DNA of 64,000 nt from Nemertoderma westbladi (taxonomy: Eukaryota; Animalia; Xenacoelomorpha): assembly GCA_032718475.1 (NCBI GenBank), contig JAUCBJ010007911.1, forward strand, positions 1-64,000, given 5' to 3'. Positions 49,201 through 64,000 of the stretch are shown piece after piece. The number at the start of each line of letters is the position of its first letter. Position 1 is the first letter of the stretch. Below the pieces are notes generated by a model. It searched no databases. It was given only the letters and a program-made list of their open reading frames with translations, and had not been told where the DNA came from. The position numbers were made by a program, and so were the translations under genes.

Positions 49201-52200
49201 TAGATTATCAAGCTCAGTACGTTTGTGTGTAGATTATCGAGCTCAGTACGTCTGTGTGTAGATTATCGAGCTCAGTACGTCTGTGTGTAGATTATTGAGC
49301 TCATAACGTTTGTGTGTAGATTATCGCGCTCAGTACGTCTGTGTGTAGATTATCGCGCTCAGTACGTCTGTGTGTAGATTATCGAGCTCATAACGTTTGT
49401 GTGTAGATTATCGAGCTCAGTACGTCTGTGTGTAGATTATCGAGCTCGGTACGTCTGTGTGTAGATTATTGAGCTCATAACGTTTGTGTGTAGATTATCG
49501 CGCTCAGTACGTCTGTGTGTAGATTATCGAGCTCAGTACGTCTGTGTGTAGATTATCGAGCTCAGTACGTCTGTGTGTGTGTAGATTATCGAGCTGAGTA
49601 CGTCTGTGTGTAGATTATCGAGCCCAGTACGTCTGTGTGTAGATTATCGAGCTCAGTACGTCTGTGTGTAGATTATCGAGCTGAGTACGTCTGTGTGTAG
49701 ATTATCGAGCTCATTACGTCTGTGTGTAGAATATCGAGCTCATTACGTCTGTGTGTAGAATATCGAGCTCAGTACGTCTGTGTGTAGATTATCGAACTCA
49801 GTACGTCTGTGTGTAGATTATCGAGCTCAGTACGTCTGTGTGTAGATTATCGAGCTCAGTACGTCTGTGTGTAGAATTTCGAGCTCATTACGTCAGTGTG
49901 TAGATTATCGAGCTCAGTACGACTGTGTGTAGATTATCGAACTCAGTACGTCTGTGTGTAGATTATCGAGCTCAGTACGTCTGTGTGTAGATTATCGAGC
50001 TCAGTACGTCTGTGTGTAGATTATCGAGCTGAGTACGTCTGTGTGTAGATTATCGAGCTCATTACGTCTGTGTGTAGAATATCGAGCTCATTACGTCTGT
50101 GTGTAGAATATCGAGCTCAGTACGTCTGTGTGTAGATTATCGAACTCAGTACGTCTGTGTGTAGATTATCGAGCTCAGTACGTCTGTGTGTAGATTATCG
50201 AGCTCAGTACGTCTGTGTGTAGAATTTCGAGCTCATTACGTCAGTGTGTAGATTATCGAGCTCAGTACGACTGTGTGTAGATTATCGAACTCAGTACGTC
50301 TGTGTGTAGATTATCGAGCTCAGTACGTCTGTGTGTAGATTATCGAGCCCAGTACGTCTGTGTGTAGATTATCGAGCTCAGTACGTCTGTGTGTAGATTA
50401 TCGAGCTGAGTACGTCTGTGTGTAGATTATCGAGCTCATTACGTCTGTGTGTAGAATATCGAGCTCATTACGTCTGTGTGTAGAATATCGAGCTCAGTAC
50501 GTCTGTGTGTAGATTATCGAACTCAGTACGTCTGTGTGTAGATTATCGAGCTCAGTACGTCTGTGTGTAGATTATCGAGCTCAGTACGTCTGTGTGTAGA
50601 ATTTCGAGCTCATTACGTCAGTGTGTAGATTATCGAGCTCAGTACGACTGTGTGTAGATTATCGAACTCAGTACGTCTGTGTGTAGATTATCGAGCTCAG
50701 TACGTCTGTGTGTAGATTATCGAGCTCAGTACGTCTGTGTGTAGATTATCGAGCTCAGTACGTCTGTGTGTAGATTATCGAGCTCAGTACGTCTGTGTGT
50801 AGATTATCGAGCTCATTACGTCTGTGTGTAGATTATCGAGCTCAGTACGTCTGTGTGTAGATTATCGAGCTCATTACGTCTGTGTGTAGATTATCGAGCT
50901 CAGTACGACTGTGTGTAGATTATCGAGCTCAGTACGTCTGTGTGTAGATTATCGAGCTCAGTACGACTGTGTGTAGATTATCGAGCTCAGTATGTCTGTG
51001 TGTAGATTATCGAGCTCATTACGTCTGTGTGTAGTTTTTCGCGCTCATTACGTCTGTGTGTAGATTATCGAGCTCAGTACGTCTGTGTGTAGATTATCGA
51101 GCTCAGTACGTCAGTGTGTAGAATATCGAGCTCAGTACGTCTGTGTGTAGTTTTTCTCGCTCATTACGTCTGTGTGTGTAGATTATCGAGCTCAGTACGT
51201 CTGTGTGTAGATTATCGAGCTCAGTACGTCTGTGTGTAGATTATCGAGCTCATCACGTCTGTATGTAGAATATCGCGCTCAGTACGTCTGTGTGTAGTTT
51301 TTCGCGCTCATTACGTCTGTGTGTGTAGATTATCGAGCTCAGTACGTCTGTGTGTAGATTATCGAACTCAGTACGTCTGTGTGTAGATTATCGAGCTCAG
51401 TACGTCTGTGTGTAGATTATCGAACTCAGTACGTCTGTGTGTAGATTATCGAGCTCATTACGTATGTGTGTAGATTATCGAGCTCAGTACGTATATGTGT
51501 AGATTATCGAGCTCATTACGTCTGTGTGTGTAGATTATCGAGCTCATTACGTCTGTGTGTAGATTATCGAGCTCAGTACGTCTGTGTGTAGATTATCGAG
51601 CCCAGTACGTCTGTGTGTAGATTATCGAGCTCAGTACGTCTGTGTGTAGATTATCGAGCTCAGTACGTCTGTGTGTAGATTATCGAGCTCAGTACGTCTG
51701 TGTGTAGATTATCGAGCTCATCACGTCTGTGTGTAGAATATCGAGCTCATAACGTTTGTGTGTAGATTATCGAGCTCAGTACGTCTGTGTGTAGATTATC
51801 GAGCTCAGTACGTCTGTGTGTAGATTATTGAGCTCATAACGTCTGTGTGTAGATTATCGCGCTCAGTACGTCTGTGTGTAGATTATCGAGCTCAGTACGT
51901 CTGGGTGTAGATTATCAAGCTCAGTACGTTTGTGTGTAGATTATCGAGCTCAGTACGTCTGTGTGTAGATTATCGAGCTCAGTACGTCTGTGTGTAGATT
52001 ATCGCGCTCAGTACGTCTGTGTGTAGATTATCGAGCTCAGTACGTCTGTGTGTAGATTATCGAGCTCATAACGTTTGTGTGTAGATTATCGAGCTCAGTA
52101 CGTCTGTGTGTAGATTATCGCGCTCAGTACGTCTGTGTGTAGATTATCGCGCTCATTACGTCTGTGTGTGTAGATTATCGAGCTCAGTACGTCTGTGTGT

Positions 52201-55200
52201 AGATTATCGCGCTCAGTACGTCTGTGTGTAGATTATCGAGCTCAGTACGTCTGGGTGTAGATTATCAAGCTCAGTACGTTTGTGTGTAGATTATCGAGCT
52301 CAGTACGTCTGTGTGTAGATTATCGAGCTCAGTACGTCTGTGTGTAGATTATTGAGCTCATAACGTTTGTGTGTAGATTATCGCGCTCAGTACGTCTGTG
52401 TGTAGATTATCGCGCTCAGTACGTCTGTGTGTAGATTATCGAGCTCATAACGTTTGTGTGTAGATTATCGAGCTCAGTACGTCTGTGTGTAGATTATCGA
52501 GCTCGGTACGTCTGTGTGTAGATTATTGAGCTCATAACGTTTGTGTGTAGATTATCGCGCTCAGTACGTCTGTGTGTAGATTATCGAGCTCAGTACGTCT
52601 GTGTGTAGATTATCGAGCTCAGTACGTCTGTGTGTGTGTAGATTATCGAGCTGAGTACGTCTGTGTGTAGATTATCGAGCCCAGTACGTCTGTGTGTAGT
52701 TTTTCGCGCTCATTACGTCTGTGTGTAGATTATCGAGCTCAGTACGTCTGTGTGTAGATTATCGAGCTCAGTACGTCTGTGTGTAGAATATCGAGCTCAG
52801 TACGTCTGTGTGTAGTTTTTCTCGCTCATTACGTCTGTGTGTGTAGATTATCGAGCTCAGTACGTCTGTGTGTAGATTATCGAGCTCAGTACGTCTGTGT
52901 GTAGATTATCGAGCTCATCACGTCTGTATGTAGAATATCGCGCTCAGTACGTCTGTGTGTAGTTTTTCGCGCTCATTACGTCTGTGTGTGTAGATTATCG
53001 AGCTCAGTACGTCTGTGTGTAGATTATCGATCTCAGTACGTCTGTGTGTAGATTATCGAGCTCAGTACGTCTGTGTGTAGATTATCGAACTCAGTACGTC
53101 TGTGTGTAGATTATCGAGCTCATTACGTATGTGTGTAGATTATCGAGCTCAGTACGTATATGTGTAGATTATCGAGCTCATTACGTCTGTGTGTGTAGAT
53201 TATCGAGCTCATTACGTCTGTGTGTAGATTATCGAGCTCAGTACGTCTGTGTGTAGATTATCGAGCCCAGTACGTCTGTGTGTAGATTATCGAGCTCAGT
53301 ACGTCTGTGTGTAGATTATCGAGCTCAGTACGTCTGTGTGTAGATTATCGAGCTCAGTACGTCTGTGTGTAGATTATTGAGCTCATAACGTCTGTGTGTA
53401 GATTATCGCGCTCAGTACGTCTGTGTGTAGATTATCGAGCTCAGTACGTCTGGGTGTAGATTATCAAGCTCAGTACGTTTGTGTGTAGATTATCGAGCTC
53501 AGTACGTCTGTGTGTAGATTATCGAGCTCAGTACGTCTGTGTGTAGATTATCGCGCTCAGTACGTCTGTGTGTAGATTATCGAGCTCAGTACGTCTGTGT
53601 GTAGATTATCGAGCTCATAACGTTTGTGTGTAGATTATCGAGCTCAGTACGTCTGTGTGTAGATTATCGAGCTCAGTACGTCTGTGTGTAGATTATTGAG
53701 CTCATAACGTTTGTGTGTAGATTATCGCGCTCAGTACGTCTGTGTGTAGATTATCGCGCTCATTACGTCTGTGTGTGTAGATTATCGAGCTCAGTACGTC
53801 TGTGTGTAGATTATCGCGCTCAGTACGTCTGTGTGTAGATTATCGAGCTCATAACGTTTGTGTGTAGATTATCGCGCTCAGTACGTCTGTGTGTAGATTA
53901 TCGCGCTCAGTACGTCTGTGTGTAGATTATCGAGCTCAGTACGTCTGTGTGTAGATTATTGAGCTCATAACGTTTGTGTGTAGATTATCGCGCTCAGTAC
54001 GTCTGTGTGTAGATTATCGCGCTCAGTACGTCTGTGTGTAGATTATCGAGCTCATAACGTTTGTGTGTAGATTATCGAGCTTAGTACGTCTGTGTGTAGA
54101 TTATCGAGCTCGGTACGTCTGTGTGTAGATTATTGAGCTCATAACGTTTGTGTGTAGATTATCGCGCTCAGTACGTCTGTGTGTAGATTATCGAGCTCAG
54201 TACGTCTGTGTGTAGATTATCGAGCTCAGTACGTCTGTGTGTGTGTAGATTATCGAGCTGAGTACGTCTGTGTGTAGATTATCGAGCCCAGTACGTCTGT
54301 GTGTAGATTATCGAGCTCAGTACGTCTGTGTGTAGATTATCGAGCTGAGTACGTCTGTGTGTAGATTATCGAGCTCATTACGTCTGTGTGTAGAATATCG
54401 AGCTCATTACGTCTGTGTGTAGAATATCGAGCTCAGTACGTCTGTGTGTAGATTATCGAACTCAGTACGTCTGTGTGTAGATTATCGAGCTCAGTACGTC
54501 TGTGTGTAGATTATCGAGCTCAGTACGTCTGTGTGTAGATTATCGAGCTCAGTACGTCTGTGTGTAGATTATCGAGCTCAGTACGTCTGTGTGTAGATTA
54601 TCGAGCTCAGTACGACTGTGTGTAGATTATCGAACTCAGTACGTCTGTGTGTAGATTATCGAGCTCAGTACGTCTGTGTGTAGATTATCGAGCTCAGTAC
54701 GTCTGTGTGTAGATTATCGAGCTCAGTACGTCTGTGTGTAGATTATCGAGCTCAGTACGTCTGTGTGTAGATTATCGAGCTCATTACGTCTGTGTGTAGA
54801 TTATCGAGCTCAGTACGTCTGTGTGTAGATTATCGAGCTCATTACGTCTGTGTGTAGATTATCGAGCTCAGTACGACTGTGTGTAGATTATCGAGCTCAG
54901 TACGTCTGTGTGTAGATTATCGAGCTCAGTACGTCTGTGTGTAGATTATCGAGCTCAGTACGTCTGTGTGTGTAGATTATCGAGCTCAGTACGTCTGTGT
55001 GTAGATTATCGAGCTCATTACGTCTGTGTGTAGATTATCGAGCTCAGTACGACTGTGTGTAGATTATCGAGCTCAGTACGTCTGTGTGTAGATTATCGAG
55101 CTCAGTATGTCTGTGTGTAGATTATCGAGCTCATTACGTCTGTGTGTAGTTTTTCGCGCTCATTGCGTCTGTGTGTAGATTATCGAGCTCAGTACGTCTG

Positions 55201-58200
55201 TGTGTAGATTATCGAGCTCAGTACGTCTGTGTGTAGAATATCGAGCTCAGTACGTCTGTGTGTAGTTTTTCTCGCTCATTACGTCTGTGTGTGTAGATTA
55301 TCGAGCTCAGTACGTCTGTGTGTAGATTATCGAGCTCAGTACGTCTGTGTGTAGATTATCGAGCTCATCACGTCTGTATGTAGAATATCGCGCTCAGTAC
55401 GTCTGTGTGTAGTTTTTCGCGCTCATTACGTCTGTGTGTGTAGATTATCGAGCTCAGTACGTCTGTGTGTAGATTATCGAACTCAGTACGTCTGTGTGTA
55501 GATTATCGAGCTCAGTACGTCTGTGTGTAGATTATCGAACTCAGTACGTCTGTGTGTAGATTATCGAGCTCATTACGTATGTGTGTAGATTATCGAGCTC
55601 AGTACGTATATGTGTAGATTATCGAGCTCATTACGTCTGTGTGTGTAGATTATCGAGCTCATTACGTCTGTGTGTAGATTATCGAGCTCAGTACGTCTGT
55701 GTGTAGATTATCGAGCCCAGTACGTCTGTGTGTAGATTATCGAGCTCAGTACGTCTGTGTGTAGATTATCGAGCTCAGTACGTCTGTGTGTAGATTATCG
55801 AGCTCAGTACGTCTGTGTGTAGATTATCGAGCTCATCACGTCTGTGTGTAGAATATCGAGCTCATAACGTTTGTGTGTAGATTATCGAGCTCAGTACGTC
55901 TGTGTGTAGATTATCGAGCTCAGTACGTCTGTGTGTAGATTATTGAGCTCATAACGTCTGTGTGTAGATTATCGCGCTCAGTACGTCTGTGTGTAGATTA
56001 TCGAGCTCAGTACGTCTGGGTGTAGATTATCAAGCTCAGTACGTTTGTGTGTAGATTATCGAGCTCAGTACGTCTGTGTGTAGATTATCGAGCTCAGTAC
56101 GTCTGTGTGTAGATTATCGCGCTCAGTACGTCTGTGTGTAGATTATCGAGCTCAGTACGTCTGTGTGTAGATTATCGAGCTCATAACGTTTGTGTGTAGA
56201 TTATCGAGCTCAGTACGTCTGTGTGTAGATTATCGAGCTCAGTACGTCTGTGTGTTGATTATTGAGCTCATAACGTTTGTGTGTAGATTATCGCGCTCAG
56301 TACGTCTGTGTGTAGATTATCGCGCTCATTACGTCTGTGTGTGTAGATTATCGAGCTCAGTACGTCTGTGAATAGATTATCGCGCTCAGTACGTCTGTGT
56401 GTAGATTATCGAGCTCAGTACGTCTGGGTGTAGATTATCAAGCTCAGTACGTTTGTGTGTAGATTATCGAGCTCAGTACGTCTGTGTGTAGATTATCGAG
56501 CTCAGTACGTCTGTGTGTAGATTATTGAGCTCATAACGTTTGTGTGTAGATTATCGCGCTCAGTACGTCTGTGTGTAGATTATCGCGCTCAGTACGTCTG
56601 TGTGTAGATTATCGAGCTCATAACGTTTGTGTGTAGATTATCGAGCTCAGTACGTCTGTGTGTAGATTATCGAGCTCGGTACGTCTGTGTGTAGATTATT
56701 GAGCTCATAACGTTTGTGTGTAGATTATCGCGCTCAGTTCGTCTGTGTGTAGATTATCGAGCTCAGTACGTCTGTGTGTAGATTATCGAGCTCAGTACGT
56801 CTGTGTGTGTGTAGATTATCGAGCTGAGTACGTCTGTGTGTAGATTATCGAGCCCAGTACGTCTGTGTGTAGATTATCGAGCTCAGTACGTCTGTGTGTA
56901 GATTATCGAGCTGAGTACGTCTGTGTGTAGATTATCGAGCTCATTACGTCTGTGTGTAGAATATCGAGCTCATTACGTCTGTGTGTAGAATATCGAGCTC
57001 AGTACGTCTGTGTGTAGATTATCGAACTCAGTACGTCTGTGTGTAGATTATCGAGCTCAGTACGTCTGTGTGTAGATTATCGAGCTCAGTACGTCTGTGT
57101 GTAGAATTTCGAGCTCATTACGTCAGTGTGTAGATTATCGAGCTCAGTACGACTGTGTGTAGATTATCGAACTCAGTACGTCTGTGTGTAGATTATCGAG
57201 CTCAGTACGTCTGTGTGTAGATTATCGAGCTCAGTACGTCTGTGTGTAGATTATGGAGCTCAGTACGTCTGTGTGTAGATTATCGAGCTCAGTACGTCTG
57301 TGTGTAGATTATCGAGCTCATTACGTCTGTGTGTAGATTATCGAGCTCAGTACGTCTGTGTGTGTAGATTATCGAGCTCAGTACGTCTGTGTGTAGATTA
57401 TCGAGCTCATTACGTCTGTGTGTAGATTATCGAGCTCAGTACGACTGTGTGTAGATTATCGAGCTCAGTACGTCTGTGTGTAGATTATCGAGCTCAGTAT
57501 GTCTGTGTGTAGATTATCGAGCTCATTACGTCTGTGTGTAGTTTTTCGCGCTCATTGCGTCTGTGTGTAGATTATCGAGCTCAGTACGTCTGTGTGTAGA
57601 TTATCGAGCTCAGTACGTCTGTGTGTAGAATATCGAGCTCAGTACGTCTGTGTGTAGTTTTTCTCGCTCATTACGTCTGTGTGTGTAGATTATCGAGCTC
57701 AGTACGTCTGTGTGTAGATTATCGAGCTCAGTACGTCTGTGTGTAGATTATCGAGCTCATCACGTCTGTATGTAGAATATCGCGCTCAGTACGTCTGTGT
57801 GTAGTTTTTCGCGCTCATTACGTCTGTGTGTGTAGATTATCGAGCTCAGTACGTCTGTGTGTAGATTATCGAACTCAGTACGTCTGTGTGTAGATTATCG
57901 AGCTCAGTACGTCTGTGTGTAGATTATCGAACTCAGTACGTCTGTGTGTAGATTATCGAGCTCATTACGTATGTGTGTAGATTATCGAGCTCAGTACGTA
58001 TATGTGTAGATTATCGAGCTCATTACGTCTGTGTGTGTAGATTATCGAGCTCATTACGTCTGTGTGTAGATTATCGAGCTCAGTACGTCTGTGTGTAGAT
58101 TATCGAGCCCAGTACGTCTGTGTGTAGATTATCGAGCTCAGTACGTCTGTGTGTAGATTATCGAGCTCAGTACGTCTGTGTGTAGATTATCGAGCTCAGT

Positions 58201-61200
58201 ACGTCTGTGTGTAGATTATCGAGCTCATCACGTCTGTGTGTAGAATATCGAGCTCATAACGTTTGTGTGTAGATTATCGAGCTCAGTACGTCTGTGTGTA
58301 GATTATCGAGCTCAGTACGTCTGTGTGTAGATTATTGAGCTCATAACGTCTGTGTGTAGATTATCGCGCTCAGTACGTCTGTGTGTAGATTATCGAGCTC
58401 AGTACGTCTGGGTGTAGATTATCAAGCTCAGTACGTTTGTGTGTAGATTATCGAGCTCAGTACGTCTGTGTGTAGATTATCGAGCTCAGTACGTCTGTGT
58501 GTAGATTATCGCGCTCAGTACGTCTGTGTGTAGATTATCGAGCTCAGTACGTCTGTGTGTAGATTATCGAGCTCATAACGTTTGTGTGTAGATTATCGAG
58601 CTCAGTACGTCTGTGTGTAGATTATCGAGCTCAGTACGTCTGTGTGTAGATTATTGAGCTCATAACGTTTGTGTGTAGATTATCGCGCTCAGTACGTCTG
58701 TGTGTAGATTATCGCGCTCATTACGTCTGTGTGTGTAGATTATCGAGCTCAGTACGTCTGTGAGTAGATTATCGCGCTCAGTACGTCTGTGTGTAGATTA
58801 TCGAGCTCAGTACGTCTGGGTGTAGATTATCAAGCTCAGTACGTTTGTGTGTAGATTATCGAGCTCAGTACGTCTGTGTGTAGATTATCGAGCTCAGTAC
58901 GTCTGTGTGTAGATTATTGAGCTCATAACGTTTGTGTGTAGATTATCGCGCTCAGTACGTCTGTGTGTAGATTATCGCGCTCAGTACGTCTGTGTGTAGA
59001 TTATCGAGCTCATAACGTTTGTGTGTAGATTATCGAGCTCAGTACGTCTGTGTGTAGATTATCGAGCTCGGTACGTCTGTGTGTAGATTATTGAGCTCAT
59101 AACGTTTGTGTGTAGATTATCGCGCTCAGTACGTCTGTGTGTAGATTATCGAGCTCAGTACGTCTGTGTGTAGATTATCGAGCTCAGTACGTCTGTGTGT
59201 GTGTAGATTATCGAGCTGAGTACGTCTGTGTGTAGATTATCGAGCCCAGTACGTCTGTGTGTAGATTATCGAGCTCAGTACGTCTGTGTGTAGATTATCG
59301 AGCTGAGTACGTCTGTGTGTAGATTATCGAGCTCATTACGTCTGTGTGTAGAATATCGAGCTCATTACGTCTGTGTGTAGAATATCGAGCTCAGTACGTC
59401 TGTGTGTAGATTATCGAACTCAGTACGTCTGTGTGTAGATTATCGAGCTCAGTACGTCTGTGTGTAGATTATCGAGCTCAGTACGTCTGTGTGTAGAATT
59501 TCGAGCTCATTACGTCAGTGTGTAGATTATCGAGCTCAGTACGACTGTGTGTAGATTATCGAACTCAGTACGTCTGTGTGTAGATTATCGAGCTCAGTAC
59601 GTCTGTGTGTAGATTATCGAGCTTAGTACGTCTGTGTGTAGATTATCGAGCTCAGTACGTCTGTGTGTAGATTATCGAGCTCAGTACGTCTGTGTGTAGA
59701 TTATCGAGCTCATTACGTCTGTGTGTAGATTATCGAGCTCAGTACGTCTGTGTGTAGATTATCGAGCTCATTACGTCTGTGTGTAGATTATCGAGCTCAG
59801 TACGACTGTGTGTAGATTATCGAGCTCAGTACGTCTGTGTGTAGATTATCGAGCTCAGTACGTCTGTGTGTAGATTATCGAGCTCAGTACGTCTGTGTGT
59901 GTAGATTATCGAGCTCAGTACGTCTGTGTGTAGATTATCGAGCTCATTACGTCTGTGTGTAGATTATCGAGCTCAGTACGACTGTGTGTAGATTATCGAG
60001 CTAAGTACGTCTGTGTGTAGATTATCGAGCTCAGTATGTCTGTGTGTAGATTATCGAGCTCATTACGTCTGTGTGTAGTTTTTCGCGCTCATTACGTCTG
60101 TGTGTAGATTATCGCGCTCAGTACGTCTGTGTGTAGATTATCGAGCTCAGTACGTCTGGGTGTAGATTATCAAGCTCAGTACGTTTGTGTGTAGATTATC
60201 GAGCTCAGTACGTCTGTGTGTAGATTATCGAGCTCAGTACGTCTGTGTGTAGATTATTGAGCTCATAACGTTTGTGTGTAGATTATCGCGCTCAGTACGT
60301 CTGTGTGTAGATTATCGCGCTCAGTACGTCTGTGTGTAGATTATCGAGCTCATAACGTTTGTGTGTAGATTATCGAGCTCAGTACGTCTGTGTGTAGATT
60401 ATCGAGCTCGGTACGTCTGTGTGTAGATTATTGAGCTCATAACGTTTGTGTGTAGATTATCGCGCTCAGTACGTCTGTGTGTAGATTATCGAGCTCAGTA
60501 CGTCTGTGTGTAGATTATCGAGCTCAGTACGTCTGTGTGTGTGTAGATTATCGAGCTGAGTACGTCTGTGTGTAGATTATCGAGCCCAGTACGTCTGTGT
60601 GTAGATTATCGCGCTCAGTACGTCTGTGTGTAGATTATCGCGCTCAGTACGTCTGTGTGTAGATTATCGAGCTCATAACGTTTGTGTGTAGATTATCGAG
60701 CTCAGTACGTCTGTGTGTAGATTATCGAGCTCGGTACGTCTGTGTGTAGATTATTGAGCTCATAACGTTTGTGTGTAGATTATCGCGCTCAGTACGTCTG
60801 TGTGTAGATTATCGAGCTCAGTACGTCTGTGTGTAGATTATCGAGCTCAGTACGTCTGTGTGTGTGTAGATTATCGAGCTGAGTACGTCTGTGTGTAGAT
60901 TATCGAGCCCAGTACGTCTGTGTGTAGATTATCGAGCTCAGTACGTCTGTGTGTAGATTATCGAGCTGAGTACGTCTGTGTGTAGATTATCGAGCTCATT
61001 ACGTCTGTGTGTAGAATATCGAGCTCATTACGTCTGTGTGTAGAATATCGAGCTCAGTACGTCTGTGTGTAGATTATCGAACTCAGTACGTCTGTGTGTA
61101 GATTATCGAGCTCAGTACGTCTGTGTGTAGATTATCGAGCTCAGTACGTCTGTGTGTAGAATTTCGAGCTCATTACGTCAGTGTGTAGATTATCGAGCTC

Positions 61201-64000
61201 AGTACGACTGTGTGTAGATTATCGAACTCAGTACGTCTGTGTGTAGATTATCGAGCTCAGTACGTCTGTGTGTAGATTATCGAGCTCAGTACGTCTGTGT
61301 GTAGATTATCGAGCTCAGTACGTCTGTGTGTAGATTATCGAGCTCAGTACGTCTGTGTGTAGATTATCGAGCTCATTACGTCTGTGTGTAGATTATCGAG
61401 CTCAGTACGTCTGTGTGTAGATTATCGAGCTCATTACGTCTGTGTGTAGATTATCGAGCTCAGTACGACTGTGTGTAGATTATCGAGCTCAGTACGTCTG
61501 TGTGTAGATTATCGAGCTCAGTACGTCTGTGTGTAGATTATCGAGCTCAGTACGTCTGTGTGTGTAGATTATCGAGCTCAGTACGTCTGTGTGTAGATTA
61601 TCGAGCTCATTACGTCTGTGTGTAGATTATCGAGCACAGTACGACTGTGTGTAGATTATCGAGCTCAGTACGTCTGTGTGTAGATTATCGAGCTCAGTAT
61701 GTCTGTGTGTAGATTATCGAGCTCATTACGTCTGTGTGTAGTTTTTCGCGCTCATTACGTCTGTGTGTAGATTATCGAGCTCAGTACGTCTGTGTGTAGA
61801 TTATCGAGCTCAGTACGTCTGTGTGTAGAATATCGAGCTCAGTACGTCTGTGTGTAGTTTTTCTCGCTCATTACGTCTGTGTGTGTAGATTATCGAGCTC
61901 AGTACGTCTGTGTGTAGATTATCGAGCTCAGTACGTCTGTGTGTAGATTATCGAGCTCATCACGTCTGTATGTAGAATATCGCGCTCAGTACGTCTGTGT
62001 GTAGTTTTTCGCGCTCATTACGTCTGTGTGTGTAGATTATCGAGCTCAGTACGTCTGTGTGTAGATTATCGAACTCAGTACGTCTGTGTGTAGATTATCG
62101 AGCTCAGTACGTCTGTGTGTAGATTATCGAACTCAGTACGTCTGTGTGTAGATTATCGAGCTCATTACGTATGTGTGTAGATTATCGAGCTCAGTACGTA
62201 TATGTGTAGATTATCGAGCTCATTACGTCTGTGTGTGTAGATTATCGAGCTCATTACGTCTGTGTGTAGATTATCGAGCTCAGTACGTCTGTGTGTAGAT
62301 TATCGAGCCCAGTACGTCTGTGTGTAGATTATCGAGCTCAGTACGTCTGTGTGTAGATTATCGAGCTCAGTACGTCTGTGTGTAGATTATCGAGCTCAGT
62401 ACGTCTGTGTGTAGATTATCGAGCTCATCACGTCTGTGTGTAGAATATCGAGCTCAGTACGTCTGTGTGTAGTTTTTCGCGCTCATTACGTCTGTGTGTG
62501 TAGATTATCGAGCTCAGTACGTCTGTGTGTAGATTATCGAACTCAGTACGTCTGTGTGTAGATTATCGAGCTCAGTACGTCTGTGTGTAGATTATCGAAC
62601 TCAGTACGTCTGTGTGTAGATTATCGAGCTCATTACGTATGTGTGTAGATTATCGAGCTCAGTACGACTGTGTGTAGATTATCGCGCTCAGTACGTATGT
62701 GTGTAGATTATCGAGCTCAGTACGTCTGTGTGTAGATTATCGAGCTCAGTACGTCTGTGTGTAGATTATCGAGCTCAGTACGTCTGTGTGTAGATTATCA
62801 AGTTCAGTACGTCTGTGTGTAGATTATCGAGCTCAGTACGTCTGTGTGTAGATTATCGAGCTCATTACGTCTGTGTGTAGATTATCGAGCTCAATACGTC
62901 TGTGTGTAGATTATCGAGCTCACTACGTCTGTGTGTAGATTATCGAGCTCAGTACGTCTGTGTGTAGATTATCGCGCGCAGTACGTCTGTGTGTAGATTA
63001 TCGAGCTCAGTACGACTGGGTGTAGATTATCGAGCTCAGTACGTCTGTGTGTAGATTATCGAGCTTAGTACGTCTGTGTGTGTATATTATTGAGCTCATT
63101 ACGTCTGTGTGTAGATTATCGAGCTCAGTACGTCTGTGTGTAGATTATCGAGCTCAGTACGACTGGGTGTAGATTATCGAACTCAGTACGTATGTGTGTA
63201 GATTATCGAGCTCAGTACGTCTGTGTGTAGATTATCGAGCTCAGTACGTCTGTGTGTAGATTATCGAGCTCAGTACGTCTGTGTGTAGATTATCGAGCTC
63301 AGTACGTCTGTGTGTAGATTATCGAGCTCAGTACGTCTGTGTGTAGATTATCGAGCTCAGTACGTCTGTGTGTAGATTATCGAGCTCATTACGTCTGTGT
63401 GTAGATTATCGAGCTCAGTACGTCTGTGTGTAGATTATCGAGCTCAGTACGTCTGTGTGTAGATTATCGAGCTCAGTACGTCTGTGACTGTGTGTGTAGA
63501 TTATCGAGCTCAGTACGTCTGTGTGTAGATTATCGAGCTCAGTACGTCTGTGTGTAGATTATCGAGCTCAGCACGTCTGTGTGTAGATTATCGAGCTCAG
63601 TACGTCTGTGTGTGTAGATTATCGAACTCATTACGTCTGTGTGTAGATTATCGAGCTTAGTACGTCTGTGTGTAGATTATCGAGCTCAGTACGTCTGTGT
63701 GTAGTTTTTCGCGCTCATTACGTCTGTGTGTGTAGATTATCGAGCTCAGTACGTCTGTGTGTAGATTATCGAGCTCAGTACGTCTGTGTGTAGATTATCG
63801 CGCTCAGTACGTCTGTGTGTAGATTATCGAACTCAGTACGTCTGTGTGTAGATTATCGAGCTCATTACGTCTGTGTGTAGATTATCGAGCTCAGTACGTC
63901 TGTGTGTAGATTATCGAGCTCAGTACGTCTGTGTGTAGATTATCGAGCTCAGTACGTCTGTGTGTAGTTTTTCGCGCTCATTACGTCTGTGTGTGTAGAT
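43192..64000. repeat. 29-bp satellite (at least 20.8 kb, roughly 700 units) filling ITPA intron 4, running off the window
   Basis: Unit ATTATCGAGCTCAGTACGTCTGTGTGTAG with 31/33-bp (extra GT) and point variants. Confidence 0.98.

Noticed and set aside
11101-64000. CRISPR array interpretation of the 45-bp and 29-bp repeats
   Set aside because: No unique spacers, no cas genes, eukaryotic context

Overview
Repeat-dominated eukaryotic (animal, probably invertebrate) genomic DNA with spliceosomal introns; it is not prokaryotic. From left to right: (1) a small P-element/THAP9-type transposase remnant; (2) a 4.5-kb DNA transposon (1818-6360) with ~370-390-bp TIRs, a decayed IS3EU-like DDE transposase and a convergent alpha-kinase passenger gene; (3) broken, partly inverted copies of an RTE-like LINE; (4) a 45-bp satellite (11101-38055) split by a 12.5-kb minus-strand BEL/Pao LTR retrotransposon (13381-25853, AGTAA TSD). 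This element has an extra ORF in the env position that looks like a DEDDy 3'-5' exonuclease followed by three CCHC knuckles. It has no tRNA-type PBS; the 9 nt next to the 5' LTR are instead complementary to a sequence inside the LTR, suggesting self-priming; (5) the first four exons of the host gene ITPA (38999-43200); (6) a 29-bp satellite of at least 20.8 kb filling ITPA intron 4, whose unit is a copy of the exon 4/intron 4 junction with the GT donor lost. All calls come from reading the sequence and motifs by eye; no searches were run.
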